This document shows positions 1-14,600 of a stretch of 64,000 nucleotides of DNA, one piece after another (within the stretch, counting starts at the first letter, position 1; every line of letters starts with the position of its first letter). The DNA lies in the NCBI GenBank assembly GCA_020137815.1, contig CM035359.1, forward strand, positions 7,626,001-7,690,000, in the 5' to 3' direction. Under the pieces are notes generated by a model. It ran no database searches and was not told the DNA's origin. It was given only the letters and a program-made list of their open reading frames with translations. Source of the stretch: Hormiphora californensis. Taxonomy: Eukaryota; Animalia; Ctenophora. The position numbers were made by a program, and so were the translations under genes.

Positions 1-551
1 CAGAGAATGCTGATGATGATGATGATGCCGAGGATGTCCTGGACTTGAATGGTGCGCATGAAGATGAATACAGCGATGATGATTGTGCCGGAGATGATGG
101 AGAAGATAGCACCATGGTGAAGACAAGTTTGGGAAAAATGAACATTAAAAGGGCAGAAAGAATTTTTCTAAACCAAGGTGGTTTTAAAGCCACGGCAAAG
201 GGCCGATCAGGGCGGATCAAAGGAAAAAAACATGTTTTTTCAGACAATCTTTTGATAAACTTTTCTAAAACCAAGCCGTGTTGTTTAACGACTTCCGTAA
301 AGCTGGGCGAGCAAGGGACCTTTAGACAGTTTAGCAAGAAGGGAAATGGTCCTCGTGTAACTGGAGAAGTCGCTTTCTTGACAGAAGATCTGTCACCGAG
401 GAGATTTGTGTGCTCAAAACATCATCCAGGTGCTACTATCTGGGTGTGGGCTAAGAAACAATATATTCGTTGCGTTTTTTTGGTAAAATCAGCGGGTAAA
501 AGGAAGGTTGGAACTAGTGGAGGAAGTGTCATCAAGAAAGGGAAAATCTGA
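1..551 (+). CDS. 3' end of an ORF entering from the left edge; probable DNA-transposon protein (acidic tract, then basic Cys-containing tail)
   Basis: The frame is open upstream of the ORF-track start (ENADDDDDAEDVLDLNG...) and stops at 551. It is intronless and is followed about 400 bp later by subterminal repeat arrays and a terminal C-run. Family not recognisable from this fragment. Confidence 0.45.
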   Translation, partial: ENADDDDDAEDVLDLNGAHEDEYSDDDCAGDDGEDSTMVKTSLGKMNIKRAERIFLNQGGFKATAKGRSGRIKGKKHVFSDNLLINFSKTKPCCLTTSVKLGEQGTFRQFSKKGNGPRVTGEVAFLTEDLSPRRFVCSKHHPGATIWVWAKKQYIRCVFLVKSAGKRKVGTSGGSVIKKGKI

Positions 552-899
552 ACAATCGTGTAACTTTTTGATCTTTTAATCAATTTTTACAATTAATATA
601 CTATTTTGGAAAGTATTGCGTCCTTTGCATGAGTTTTAACAGTTCCATGTTTTCACTTTCTAACACCACATATCATTTATGTAGATCATATGGCTATAGT
701 GATAAGGATCTTGATTTGATGTGATAAGATCAATTGTAATCGGCTTGATGTGGGCCTGCGATGAGAACCTTGTACCGGTGAACCAAGAAGTTAGGCAACT
801 AACTACTCACTAACTAAATTTCCTCCAGAACAAATTATTAAAAATGTATGCATGTCAACAGGATATCAATGAAAACAACCCGATAACACCGATAACACA

Positions 900-1063
900 T
901 GCTAAACAAATTTGTTATGTTTTTCATACTTTCAAATTTTTGCCCACTTTTTGCCCACTTTTTGCCCACTTTGCCCACATTATACCTGTTTTTTGGGATT
1001 TTTTTTTGCCTATGTGGGCAAATGTGGGCAAATGTGGGCAAAAAAAAAGGTGACGTCCCCCCC
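900..1063. mobile_element. Right terminus of a DNA transposon: subterminal (TTTGCCCAC)n and inverted (GTGGGCAAA)n arrays ending in GGTGACGTCCCCCCC
   Basis: Four tttgcccac units at about 939-979, three inverted gtgggcaaa units at about 1014-1042, an A-run, then ggtgacgt plus C7 ending at 1063. The other end lies outside the window. Confidence 0.6.
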
Positions 1064-1274
1064 GTACTTCTACTATTATAGACGAGAGACATCTGTACTG
1101 ACAAACACATTACAACGAAAATGCCGACATTTGTTTCTTGAGAATAACCTAACAAGTTAAAGCTTAGAAATAATTATTGGATTATATAAACGTGGATAGT
1201 TAAAGGAACGCCAGGTGGCCCCTAGTCAACAGGATAGTGCTTGAGGACGGATATAGAGAGAAAGATATAGAGAT

Positions 1275-1364
<90 letters not shown>

Positions 1365-1691
1365 GATGAATTAGAAGTCATAATATGTTGGATGCATGAG
1401 CGACTTCCCTAAAAGATGAATACACGAATTGATTTAACTTGCTAATATTTATCTTGTGCTACTTGGAAGGAATCAGCTATTTATAGGCCTTAAATCTATA
1501 TATATAGGCCCTATAGTTCTACTAATTTATAGGCCCTAGTTCTATAGATCACCGAAACTATCCAATGAAGTATATGGCCGATAGTACATCCATGGTATCG
1601 TGTATAAAGACATATTGATATTGTGCCTTACAGAACAGAAACAGAACAGAAACAGAACGAAAAACAGGGCCGGACACATGGATACACGTAC

Positions 1692-1976
1692 CTTTCTTAG
1701 AGGGACATGGTCTGGTCGAGTGGTTGTTATGGCAACAGGAGGTATCTCATCACACCCACCATCATCTGAGTCCGGCTTCATGGTTCTCTGATGGTTCAGT
1801 GGTATATCTTCCTTCTTCTCGTTACCATGGTGATGGTTGTTAGGGACGAGGTTGAATGCGGTGAGGAGGCTGCTCTTCTCCGGGGAAGGTTCCCGTATCA
1901 CTTTATAGTTATCACCACGATGTGGGGGAAGTGGAGAGCGGGCTGCCATTACCCGGGACATTCCAACCCCCTTCAT
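1692..1976 (-). CDS. Putative first coding exon (MKGVGMSR...DHVPLRK) of a minus-strand gene continuing off the left edge
   Basis: ATG at 1976, 95 disorder-like codons, then donor AAG|GTACGT at 1692/1691. No recognisable domain. Confidence 0.4.
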
Positions 1977-2385
1977 GTTACAGCTCCTTATTCAGCAGCT
2001 GGGGGTTACTTTATTCTTTCTCCTTTGCACTCTATAGAACTGCTGCAATGTCCTTTGTCTTTAGAATTAGATGATATTTCCTAAATATTGGATATTTTGA
2101 ATCATGATTCTCCTTCTTTCAAAAAAATCAAATTTGTCAACACAAAACAAAGCAGAAGCAGCTAAAATTATGGATTGAAAACTAAAGCTGGATTGGAAAG
2201 AAAAGCTTAGCCACGTGAGAAGCAAATATAATATGGCTGTCAGAAAGAGGGGAAATACTTGTGAAAATAGCGAAAAACACAAACTTGCATCGAAACCTCA
2301 TTTTGGGGTCTACTAATCCTATTACACGCGTCCCCCACCTCAACATGTGACTATGCCGACATTTCTCTCTCTCTCTCTCTATCTC

Positions 2386-2478
<93 letters not shown>

Positions 2479-4315
2479 ATCTCTCATTTTTGCACATACA
2501 CACCACGCAAGCACTCCTTTCCCTCCCCAATTTTGACACCTCTACTGGTGGTACACATGACAGTGTACATATGGGGCATGGGCGCGAGATAACTTTTCAT
2601 GTGGATTTTCTAATATTTTCAATAATTTTACCATATCATGTGACCAAATTCCAATAACAGTATGTTACCAGAGACGATACCAGCTTCGTAATATGGGTCC
2701 AATAATTTTAATTGATTTAAAATCAGTGATATAAATTGTGGAATGGTCGCTTCTCTCCCTGGTTCTAGTAGACATTGACCAAGATAGCTAATGTGGCCAT
2801 TTTGGCCTTCAGGTGAGTAAATTGGGTCCGTGTTGTGAATCAAATGAAGTTCAAAACACTAAAGTTATACAGTGATTTAGGGTTTATAGTTAGGGGGACC
2901 TATTTGATTCAATAGTAATTAATTAATTAACAACTCACTTGAACGTTTCTATCTGTGCTCCAGTGAGCATGTCCTCCCCACTTGTATTTAGTTCCCCCGT
3001 CGTGAAGATAGATAACTTGGTGAAATTACCACCCTGCGGGGAGGGGGAGGATTTCTGGGTTGGGGTTAGAAACATTGGAATAATATTGGGATTGGCCCGG
3101 GTGCTATTTTTAATCCCAGGTCTCAAGTGGTGAAATTACCACTAGACTCTAGAAGTGGAGAGGGAGTAACTAACTCGGTTGGGGTGAGATAATGTGACCA
3201 ATAAGGTAGATATAGTGGAGAATGAATAATTCTACCATTGGTCAAGTAAATTTAACTACTCGAGCATGACAAATTATCAGGTTATTGCCAATATGAGTCT
3301 ACACAATATTGTGCCACCTTGTGTCCAATGTCCCACACCGTACACGAATTGGTAAAGAGATCTGATTTCATTACAATTCTGACACCCACACACACACACA
3401 GTTTACATGTTTGTCGTTTGTCTGGTGTTAGCCTTGTTACCATGGTAACATACTGCTGTCTTGTTAACTTCTCTTCCAATCACTTTTATGATCTCGAGAA
3501 AATGGAGATCACCTGATCACGTTCTGATTCTCTAAACAGTATCGAAATTCAGATACACACTGTTGCATGATCTGAAGTTTACAATAATCTTGTGCATCTA
3601 TCACACTCATATCTCGATGCAAGAGAGAGAGAGAGAGATAGAGTGAGATTGAGATTGAGATTGAGAGGGAGAGACTGATATAAATATAGATTGAGAAAAG
3701 CAGGAAAAGTTTTATGCTTAAGAGTTATTTTTTATTTGTCTCCCTATAGTCATAGTTCTTTCAACCTCCCTCACTCTCTTTCGCTTCTCGTTTTCATTAA
3801 ATGTTAACAGTAATCGCTAAAACGAGTTTTTAAATCCGGCCTCTTTTTCAGCCGCCTGATTCATTGAACCTCTTTGGTTGAACTAAGATGCCGCACATTT
3901 TCTGTTTCTATCAATATCTCTCCCTCCCTCTCTTTCTCTCACTTTCTCTCTATCTATACCGGTGCGTGCGTGTACACAGAGTACATTGCACAGATTACTG
4001 TACACCTTGTTACGCGTCCTACTAACAAACTTTCTGTCTGCCCCATCTCTCGCTCTCTCGCTCTCTCTCTTTGTTCCTTTGTTGGCGTATTTAGTATGTA
4101 ACATAGTTGGGTTTCTATGATGCTAAAGTGTTGTCTGTTGTCTGTGTATCATTACCAGTATAGTAGGTTCATTTATTGACGAGTAGGAGAGATAAACAGG
4201 GAATATATATGGGAAATAAGATGTAGCAGATAGTGAGGAGAGATGCTATTGCTGCTTGTTCAAAAAACCAATCAGTTAGTGCAATGGCCAATATGAGACA
4301 CGTTGCGAAGACAGC

Positions 4316-4622
<307 letters not shown>

Positions 4623-4852
4623 AGCAATGATGAACTTTTTTACATCTCCTAGCCAATTTGATTGCAAAGTGTTTTTTGCCGCCGCTTATCACTAAAACCA
4701 TGACGACTCTCCTACTTTCTGTGATATATCCCAATTGAATATACCCGCTGTCTATAATCCTACAACAATTTGATTTGCACTGACCTGTACTGGCATACTG
4801 TCTGTTTTCAGATTTGATTTTTATTTCACAGTCATTTTGCTCTGAAGACCAT

Positions 4853-4988
4853 CTCCATCTTTGAATTGACAACTATTCTCAAGTCTATGATATCAACTCC
4901 ATCTTTTAATTGACAACTATTCTCAAGTCTATGATATCAACTCCATCTTTTAATTGACAACTATTCTCAAGTCTATGATATCAACTCC
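4853..4988. repeat. 44-bp tandem repeat, three copies (CTCCATCTTTTAATTGACAACTATTCTCAAGTCTATGATATCAA)
   Basis: Near-identical units at 4853-4896, 4897-4940 and 4941-4984. Confidence 0.9.
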
Positions 4989-5283
4989 GGATGATCACAG
5001 CTGTAGCACGGACCACCACCTTCACCCGCCTCCCTCTTCCTCCGCTAAGTTACCACGGTTGACGGTTAAAATCAGGGAGGATACGGTCAGCAGAGGAGGC
5101 AATGGAGACACCAAAAAAGTAACGGTAAGAATCATATTTAGAATCGTGTCAATTTTTTACTTTCACTTGAGTTCAGACTGAACTGTTTAGTCATCTTCAA
5201 CCGACATGCAATTGCCCTTAAACGCTCCGTTGATCTTTTATGCGTATAAAATTATTCCGCAAGCATGACAATCAAAGATGCAT

Positions 5284-5356
<73 letters not shown>

Positions 5357-6771
5357 TGGAGTGAGAAAATGAGAGAAAGGGTATTATTTAAACAAATCCT
5401 TGTCGCGTCAACGTTTGATCTTCGGTTCACCTCTTATTGTACTTTGACACACGCTATTTTATCTAACCGCCAAGACTGGTAGTTACAAGAAGAGAGGGTC
5501 CCTACAGTCCCAGATAAGGTCTCTATAACAGCAATTAACGTTTTTCAGCCTTCCTCATTTCTCAAGGAATTGTTCCCACGATCGGCCTGAGAAATGGGAT
5601 TTTTCCCACGGTCACTGTCGGGGGGATTTTGGCGGCAACACCCGCGCGCACAGATCATTCGTCTTTGCCCCTTTTATGTCACTGCGCGTTCCACCAACCA
5701 CTTCCACCGATAGTGTGACCGAAACGAGTTTCTGATGTGCCACATACACACAACCAAAAAACATGACTATCATATTTTAGTAGTGCAGGAATCTGCAGAA
5801 CCAGATCACAAATACTATTTGACGCTAGCAGTCGAGTAAACAAAGGAAAAGCGTAAGGTTTCAAAAATGCTAGTAGATTATATCTTTCTCATCATCCTAT
5901 CTCTCTTCCCTCTATCTATCAACATCACTCTCTATCTTTATCTATCTCTCTATCTCTTTATATATCCCCCCTCTCTCTCTCACTTGAATCCTTCAGGTAA
6001 GAGTTCCAAGGATCTCATTTTCCAGTGAAATGTCATCCTTTGCCACAACCGAAAAGACCTATAAGAACTACCCCAAAATTGCACTTTCAAGAAAACCAGA
6101 AACACCAATATCTCTCTTTGGTAAGTGATAATAATCAGTTGACAGTTCAGTTTTTGTTTTTTGTCATTGTATTTGGAAGTTTTGCCAAACTCCGTTTACC
6201 CCACAACAAACTAACCCCGGATCCAGTAGATCGATCCCGGTCCGCTCCCCCTACAGGCTTACCCAAGAACCAAGTTGAGACACTGACACTTTTCGAACGA
6301 TACCAAATGAAACGGGCTGAATCCTCCTGTAGCCTCCCTAAAAAACGAGGCACCATATTCTGCGGTACCACAATACCAGATGGACTTCACCCCAACTTCC
6401 ACAAACTACCCAGACACCTTCTAGTTGCGAGATATCAGAACAGAGTGAACAGGATTAACCGAGTAGATAGGACTCATAGGCAGGGTGGTGATCAGAAAGC
6501 TCCTGGTCTAGCTAGACATACAATGAGATTTCTAAATGGGGATTTCCTCTTAAAATCAAACACTAACACAGACGGTGGGACAAGCGAGCTATTTGGGTCG
6601 CTTGCAGAACTCAAGGGGAGTCTAAATAAAATGGACTTGGGGAAACCAGTAGCTTTGAGCTCGGGTCGGACTGATCCCAAGAAGTTGAGTTACTCGAGAA
6701 TGTTGGGAAAGGTGCAGAGTACACGACAAACCTCACCAGATGCACCTCCCAATAGTCGAGTAGAACAATAG
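4975..6771 (+). CDS. Putative 3-exon gene, uncharacterised basic Ser/Pro/Lys/Arg-rich protein
   Basis: Exon 4975-5124 (MISTPDD...KKVT|GTAAG, phase 0); exon 5997-6120 (TTCAG|VRVPRISF...ISLF G|GTAAGT, phase 1); last exon about 6176-6771 in the 248-aa ORF frame. The phase-correct acceptor reads TG rather than AG, so the last junction is uncertain. Confidence 0.4.
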
Positions 6772-8073
6772 TACCTGTGTTTTTAGTCAGAAAATATGTT
6801 GTCGTTCCGATATTGTCACGAAAATATTTGTTTTAGAAAACTCCTGATTTATACAATTGTCATTATGATGTCCTAAAGTTTTGTGTGAAATTAGCTTACC
6901 ATAATTGTGGACCGGAGACTAGAAAACAACGTACCCATAGCAACGATTGACGAGAAATGACGAGAGGGAGAGAGAAAGGAGAAATAAAATATTGGGGATA
7001 AATGCAGGTGCAATCATAGTGACAGGTGTTACACAAAAAACCTGCTCAGACTATAACTAAGCCATCGGAGAGGTCAGAGAGAGAGGGGGGTACTAAATAG
7101 ACGATCAGTCGGGGCAATCTTGACACACAGTGTGTCGAAACTTATCGACACCTGCCCTATGACGTCTTAGTGGTTGGGACTCAGCTGTGTGATCTGACAG
7201 TGTTGTTTAGGTGGTAAAGTATTGTCCATTGTGCAAAGAGCATCATAGTACACCCTAACTCCTAAGGGCCTAGCTAGTACTATTCACAGTCTAATTTGGT
7301 GCTGGGAAGACACTTTCAGGCAAACTAAAATCCCACAGAAAAACGATTTCTACTCACCACCGGACTAATGCAGAGTTGATCTGGTGAGGTGATGGCGTTA
7401 CTATCGTGGTGACACCCCTTCGTTAGAGGTCTCTTCTGACTGCCCGTTGGTGACCTAGCGGAGAGGGGGAATATGTGTTAAATAAGGATAGATATAAGAA
7501 TCGTATTCCCCACCCACTAAAACCAAATCCCAGCAACCAGCTTTTTTATGAGATTGCAATAGTTATAATCACGTTTGGGCACGAAAAAAAAAACTAACGA
7601 CAAAATAAAACCAACTAGCACATGTCTTAAATCATCAAAAAAAAAGAGTAAAGGATTAGAAAAACAAGTAAATAAGATGTTCTTGCAGTCGCTGCAAACC
7701 CAAGTTAGTAAAGAACAGTCACCGAAAAATAATCCAAGTTAGTACAGGGCTGCAACACACTCTGCAGTATTAGTGAACAGTTTAGCAAACATGTGCTAAG
7801 TGGGGTTGTTCCCATTTATAAAGGGGGGATCGCTCTCTCCCAAAACAACAGAGATAGTTCGTTTTATTAATGAAAGAACTTGTTGTTGTTTCACCCTTAT
7901 TTCTGAGTAGTTATATAGCTCTTCAAGAAGAGTAAAACAAGACTTCTAAACAACAGAGGTGTAACAAGATGAAATATATTCAGGTAATGAAGCCCCTGCC
8001 TCTTTCTGTTCTTATCTCTAACAATGTCGAGGACGGATATCGCTCCTCCAAGTTTTACTAGGATGGTGTGTGG

Positions 8074-8131
<58 letters not shown>

Positions 8132-9816
8132 ATCTCAAGCAAGGCTAATATTGGATATAACTATGGTTCATCTGTTTTCACACAGACACGTGTTACAGCA
8201 TGAGTAATGGGCAGGGTCAATACGTCATGATTCAGTACAAGAGATATATGATGACTCACTGATCCGATTCAAGATACAATTATTATACACGTGGTAATGG
8301 TGTGTACTTTTGTGTTTTTTACGCAACGTCACAACATTCAATAATACCGGAAAACTCTTTCTCTTTTTTGTCTATCACTCTCCGTTTAATTCATGTCTAT
8401 CTTTTTCCATTGCATATGTCGCTTATTTTCCATACATCCCTTATTCCGCTCCTTCTCTCTCGCTTTCTATAGAATACATCTCTCCCGCACAATCACGTCC
8501 CCTTAATTACCACTCAATTACAGCTAAACCACCTTGGAACCCATGCGAAAGTTTAATTAGTGGAAAATTAAGGAAACGGAATGAATAACTAGAAGACAGC
8601 TCCTATGCTGTTAATTAAATGGCTGCCAGTTAAACTTTTGTGAGTGCAACTATGTTCATGCATTCTTCCGTTCAATATCCGTGTTCTAATTTTCCAACCT
8701 CTACAGCACCCGTGTAATAATATACACATGATGCAGTAACCGGTTCTAGCTGTGAAACCAGATCAAAATGACGTGTCGACTATCAACAAGTTAGAATGTA
8801 CCAAAACAACATAACAAGTATGTGGGAAGCAGAAAATACTCCATCTTCACAATTATCAAGGGTAGATAGGTGCAGTAGCTAATTTATATATCGGAAAATC
8901 ATACCATTCTTCTTGTTTTAAACACCAAAAACAAACCCACACACACAAACCCACACACAAAACCACTTACCGCGGACAGGTTTTGGGACTGGACAGGGGT
9001 GATACCCTGTTATTCAGGTTGGGCTTCATGGTACTATTATACCTTGAGAAGGAATGGAATGAAGTCTGGGAAACAATATCTAGATATAATAGAGAGAAGA
9101 TGTGGAGATATAATAGAGAATTAAGACTGACATAAGATGGGGAGAAATGATAGAATCGACTAAGTAGATTAGAAAGGCAAAACAATATTTATGTTGGCTC
9201 AAAGATCGGTTCTCTATTATTCCGCGTCAGCTAATTGCGGATAAGAACAGGATGATTAAATAGTAAATTCAGTGAATTCGTCTAATAGCATAGCTTGTTT
9301 AGTATGAAACAACCTGCTGGGAGAAAGGGCAGAGAGTCATGTGTGTGATTAGAAATAATACACAAGATTTATAGCAACATAGTGTCTGTTATAATCACGA
9401 TAGATGGTAGGATGTCTAGAATTATTATAGGAATTAATAAGAACAAGAAGCGCTGAATGTGAAGACGATTAAGTAATTAATCGGAACTATAAAGCAAAAC
9501 CACTGGTAGTTGAAATATAACTACTACTCAGAAGTATCTTAATTAATTAACTGATCAGAAGTTAGATCTGACATGAAGCATCTTCTGTAGATTACAACTG
9601 ACAGCAGCTTAAAACAACGTACATAGGCCACGTAGCAAATTGTTTTTTATTGGCCACGATATTATGATGCGTGTATATTATGTAAGTAATCTGAAAAAAT
9701 TCAATAGAACATATTATTCAGAATTTGATAATCATCTGTTGAAAATTAATAGTGGTTAAAAAATATCGTGTCATTATAGGGGATAAACGAGAGAAAGATA
9801 TAGAAATATATGAAGG

Positions 9817-9939
<123 letters not shown>

Positions 9940-9942
9940 AGA

Positions 9943-10034
<92 letters not shown>

Positions 10035-11157
10035 GAGAAGGCCATCATAATATAAGTTGTTGCATTAAACTGTTAGTGTTTCAAGATGATCAAGACACAA
10101 ACAAGAACTCGAGTAGTAAAGAGATGGAGAGATGAAAATAATATATTGTACGAATGAACTGAGAAGTGAGCACGATCATCTTCATTTTAAAGTTCCATCT
10201 CTCTTCCTCTTCATCCCCAGCTAACTACCATCCTTATTTACCGCTACTTCTTACGTTCCAGTAAACCCACGTACGCAGAGAGTATCATACTAGTATGCCA
10301 GAGCGTTTACTGTTTAGCGACCAAACTAAAGATTTCTATCTAACTTTCTCTTTGTCTTCTTTTCATTTAGGGATGCAATTCGGAGTGAGAAGTTATCAAA
10401 TGTTAAGCATAAATTACACTTTGCAGGCAATCAAAGATCATCCAAAGTTGGATGGCGATGTTAGATGTGACGCTAACTGTGGATGGTTGTTATAATATTG
10501 GTATTTGCGATTCATACCACGCTCTAGATCATATAATCAATCAATTTTCGAAAGATATTATAAATCAGCTAGATCAAGAGTTAGAGAATCTCTCCCCATC
10601 TCATCGCGACATAATTCATCAACTGCGTAGCTTCTAGCTTGTATGTGCTTTTATAGACTGTTCACCTCAATTAATTCTTGGTATGCTCTAGCAGCTCTAA
10701 CTCTGTCTTCTACTTTCTGAGAACTTCCAATCTCTCTAACTAGGGCACCAGAAAAACAATAGTGCATGGGGTTAACAATTATTTGGACAGTTGACAAAGC
10801 AGCACATCTTCCGAAATTAATATCAGCAGTTCGAAGTCGCAAAAACCACGAACGCAGTTTCTACATCTGTTACAAAATGAAAGGGACACGTCATCCATAC
10901 AACAACAAAAAATCAAAGGTGTTGACAACGTAGCAAATTTCAATGTTGCAATATCGAAATATCTTAATTAGGGCCAAATTTGTCAATTATGACTAAAAGG
11001 TAAACACACTACACCAATACAAGGAAAAACTTGTCCAGAGCAACTATAGAGATCCAAGGTCGGTTCGGTCGCCACTTCACGTCGGTGTATGGCTTCTTGC
11101 ATTTTTAGTTTTTGACACAAACAATTCGGAAGTGCCGACCATTGTTCGTCCTGGTAT

Positions 11158-11292
<135 letters not shown>

Positions 11293-11646
11293 AAAAGACA
11301 AATGAGAGAGAGAAAACGATGTGGTAGGAAAAATTGATTTCAACAACCTATCGCTACGTCACACGTATATGACTAAATACGTATAGCCGTGAAGGAAGTT
11401 GTAGCAGGAAATGATGGCTTATAAACAGATCAAATAGAAAGTCTATCTGCAACCGATGTTAGCATATAATAGGTCACATTAACGATACTCAAAAGTAGGT
11501 TCCTGAATTATAGAGAAAGAAACAGACGTTTACTCGAGAACAAATATTATACACGCTACTATTCATCTATTCGTTTATATATACCGTCCAGAAGAAGCTG
11601 GGAGAAAGATCAGGGAGAAAGATCAGGGAGAGAGATCAATTATTCC

Positions 11647-14600
11647 ATGACAGTAGACCTCCAGGCTTGGGAACGTAGCCTCCTTACTGGGCCGGGACAG
11701 CCAGTAGCCTCGACGAAGAAGAAACACATGAAGATATTTCTGTCTGATAGTTAATTTGATTGGTCTAATTCTCATGATACATGATTCTTTTATCCTAAAT
11801 ATTCCTAGGGTTTGACCATTTATCCTGATCGTTGTATCTTTGCCCCTCTTATCTTCCCCTTATTGATTGTTGCATGTCATAGGGGAAGAGGCACATAGGT
11901 CCGATGCTGAGTAATGACAGAACACCTAGGGGTGGTTAACCACGAGTCCTAAAAAGACTGGCTGTATTTTATGTACGGTGGCAAACGTGGGCTAAAGTGT
12001 GTAGTGAACCACTGAGCATGCACCACTCTGCCTTCTATAGGCTCAGTGGAACAAACCAGTGGTAAATTATGCACTCAGAGTCCTTCAGTTCAACTCCTAT
12101 TATATGTTGTCCTGGCTAACTCTAGAGAGATCCAGCCGTCCCGGAGTGGTGATCCGGACGGGGTAACCGCAACCAAAGAAAAACAATATGAACAAAGTTA
12201 TACACAGAACACGCATAGGCACTTTCAACTGCAGAACACTCCGAACAGCTGACAAAGTCAGCGAGCTGGCTTATCAATTCTCTAAACATGGTATTGGTCT
12301 TTTGGGTATTCAGGAGCACCGAATTGTCCATCCAGAGACTGTTAAGAGAACCCAGGCTGGGCCAGGACTCAATCCTATTAACATCGACAGCCTGGCGGAA
12401 TAGTATGGGAGCGTCTGTAGGAGGGGTCGGAATCTTAATGGGGACCAATGCATCGAAGCTCATTGTTGAGACAAGAGTGGTTTCTAATCGGATCCTGGCC
12501 GTTACCTTCGCCGGCAATCCCAAGCTGACGCTTGTTTCCGTTTACTCCCCGACAGAGGGTGCCGAATTTGATGAAGTTGAACAGTTCCATAACGAGCTAA
12601 GAGAATACCTACACGAAGTGCCTGCTCACAATCTCCTGATCGTTTGCGGTGACTTCAACGCTCGCCTTGGTTGGGAAGGAACTGCCTCTGGATGGTACTA
12701 TCACCGTACCACCAGCCGTAACGGTGTCCTTCTGAAGGAAACTATGGAGGAAACCAACTTGGAGGCCTCTAACATTAGATTCCGGAAGAAGAAGAGTCGT
12801 TTATGGACATTCCTGTCGGACGGGACACAGCGGAAAGCTACCCTTGACTATATACTTATCAGGAGAAAGTGGAGGAACAGTATTAAGGACACCACGACGT
12901 CCGAGGCGCTAAGCTCCCTTGGATCAGATCACCGGTTGCTGATTGCCAAGGTCAAACTCACTCTACGAAAGAGGAAGACCTTGCCAGGAAGAACGAATCT
13001 TGATTTTGGCCCCCTCAGAACCGACCCGGATCTGAGGGATCGTTTTACTGTTGAGGTTCAAAACCGATTTTCCTGCCTAACATCTGATGCTGAAGATGAA
13101 CCAACTACTAACTATGGTCACTTCATTAAAGCAATACAGGAAACGAGTAAAGCTCTCCTTGGGAAGAAGCGGAAACGTCTGAAGGACGTTGTGGCAGAGG
13201 ACTATAGAGTCAAGCGAGTGAGAACAGAGTTGGAGTGTGCCAGTAAGGAGTACCACGATGCACCAGACGAGGAGACGAGGACTAGAGTAAATAGGGCGAA
13301 GGAAGAGTTATCGGGGGCCTATGGACAAGTTGAGTCGGAGATTATTGAGGGTAAGATTAGGAGGGTAGAGGATGCTGCTAGGAATGCTAAGTCACGAGAA
13401 GTTTGGAGGATAGTAAACGAGGTCTCTGGTAGAAATCTGAGGACAGCTAGTCAGTTGGAGGGGGGCTCGCCGGAAGAGAGGAATGATATATGGTTGAATC
13501 ACTTCCGAACCCTACTAGGGTCTGCACCATCAGGGTCATCAGACACGGAAGTCGAACAGCTCTTCCCCCCGGCGGATATCTTCACTGGCAGCTTCACTCT
13601 TGAGGAATATCAGAGGGCCAAGAAGAGGATTAAGGAGGGGAAGGCTTATGGGGATGACAGCATCTCTCCTGAGGTTCTAAAGAGGTGTGATCTGGATGAG
13701 ATAGTGCTGGGTTTTTGTAATGGTGCATTAGAAGGTAAGGGTATCCCAGAACAATGGACAGTCAGTAACATCATCCCTGTCCCGAAGAAAGGTGATCTTT
13801 CCAAGCCTGGGAACTACCGTGGTATTGCACTGACTTCAATCGTCGCAAAGACATTGAACAGGATGCTACTACATCGCATCCGGCCCTATGTCGAGACAAA
13901 ACTTCTCGACTCCCAGAACGGATTCCGGGAGGGGCGCTCAACCACCAGTCACATCCTGACGCTGAGGAGGATACTAGAAGGTGCGAGGAGGAAACAGCTT
14001 CCGGTAGCCATGGCTTTCATCGACTTCGTTAAAGCATTTGATAGTATCAACCGATCAAGCCTGATGAAGATCCTGAGAGCATATGGTATACCGGATGCTA
14101 TCGTAGACCTTATCCAATGGATTTACACTAACACTAAAGCACAGGTCTTAACAGCTGACGGCCTCACTGCTATCTTTGAGATCGTGGCTGGTGTCTTACA
14201 AGGCGACACTTTAGCCCCATATCTCTTTATCATAGTACTGGATTACTGTCTACGGATAGCACTCAGCAGACACCCGGAGATCGGTTTTACTCTGAGACCT
14301 GCTAGGAGTAGAAGAGTTGGGGCATCTAAAATTACAGACACTGGCTTTGCGGACGATGTGGCCCTGCTGGCAAACTCGGTTGAGGAGTTAGGAGTAGTAC
14401 TACGTGAGGTTGAGACGGTGTGTAAGGAGGTTGGTCTGGCTATTAACCAGAACAAAACGGAGCTCATAGTGGAGAACATCCCTGATCCAGAGCCGCTCCT
14501 TACCTGTGACGGACACACGATCAAAAGAGCAGATGACTTCAAATATCTTGGATCGTGGATCAGAGATTCCAATAAGGACATCAAGAACCGGAAGAGCAAA

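Noticed and set aside
4853-4988. Repeat arrays (44-bp and 16-bp) as possible CRISPR
   Set aside because: Head-to-tail tandem repeats with no unique spacers, in a eukaryotic context with no cas genes.
10295-11150. Short ORFs on both strands as additional exons
   Set aside because: Some splice-like sites exist, but I could not build a phase-consistent chain or recognise homology.
11655-11730. GCCTCCTTACTGGGC as an HDV-like ribozyme P3/L3
   Set aside because: No matching P1 or P2 pairing found; it lies outside the RTE TSD and reads better as coding sequence.
12288-12365. N-terminus of the 940-aa ORF as the real RTE start
   Set aside because: It is off-frame sequence upstream of the +1 frameshift; the true start is 12188.
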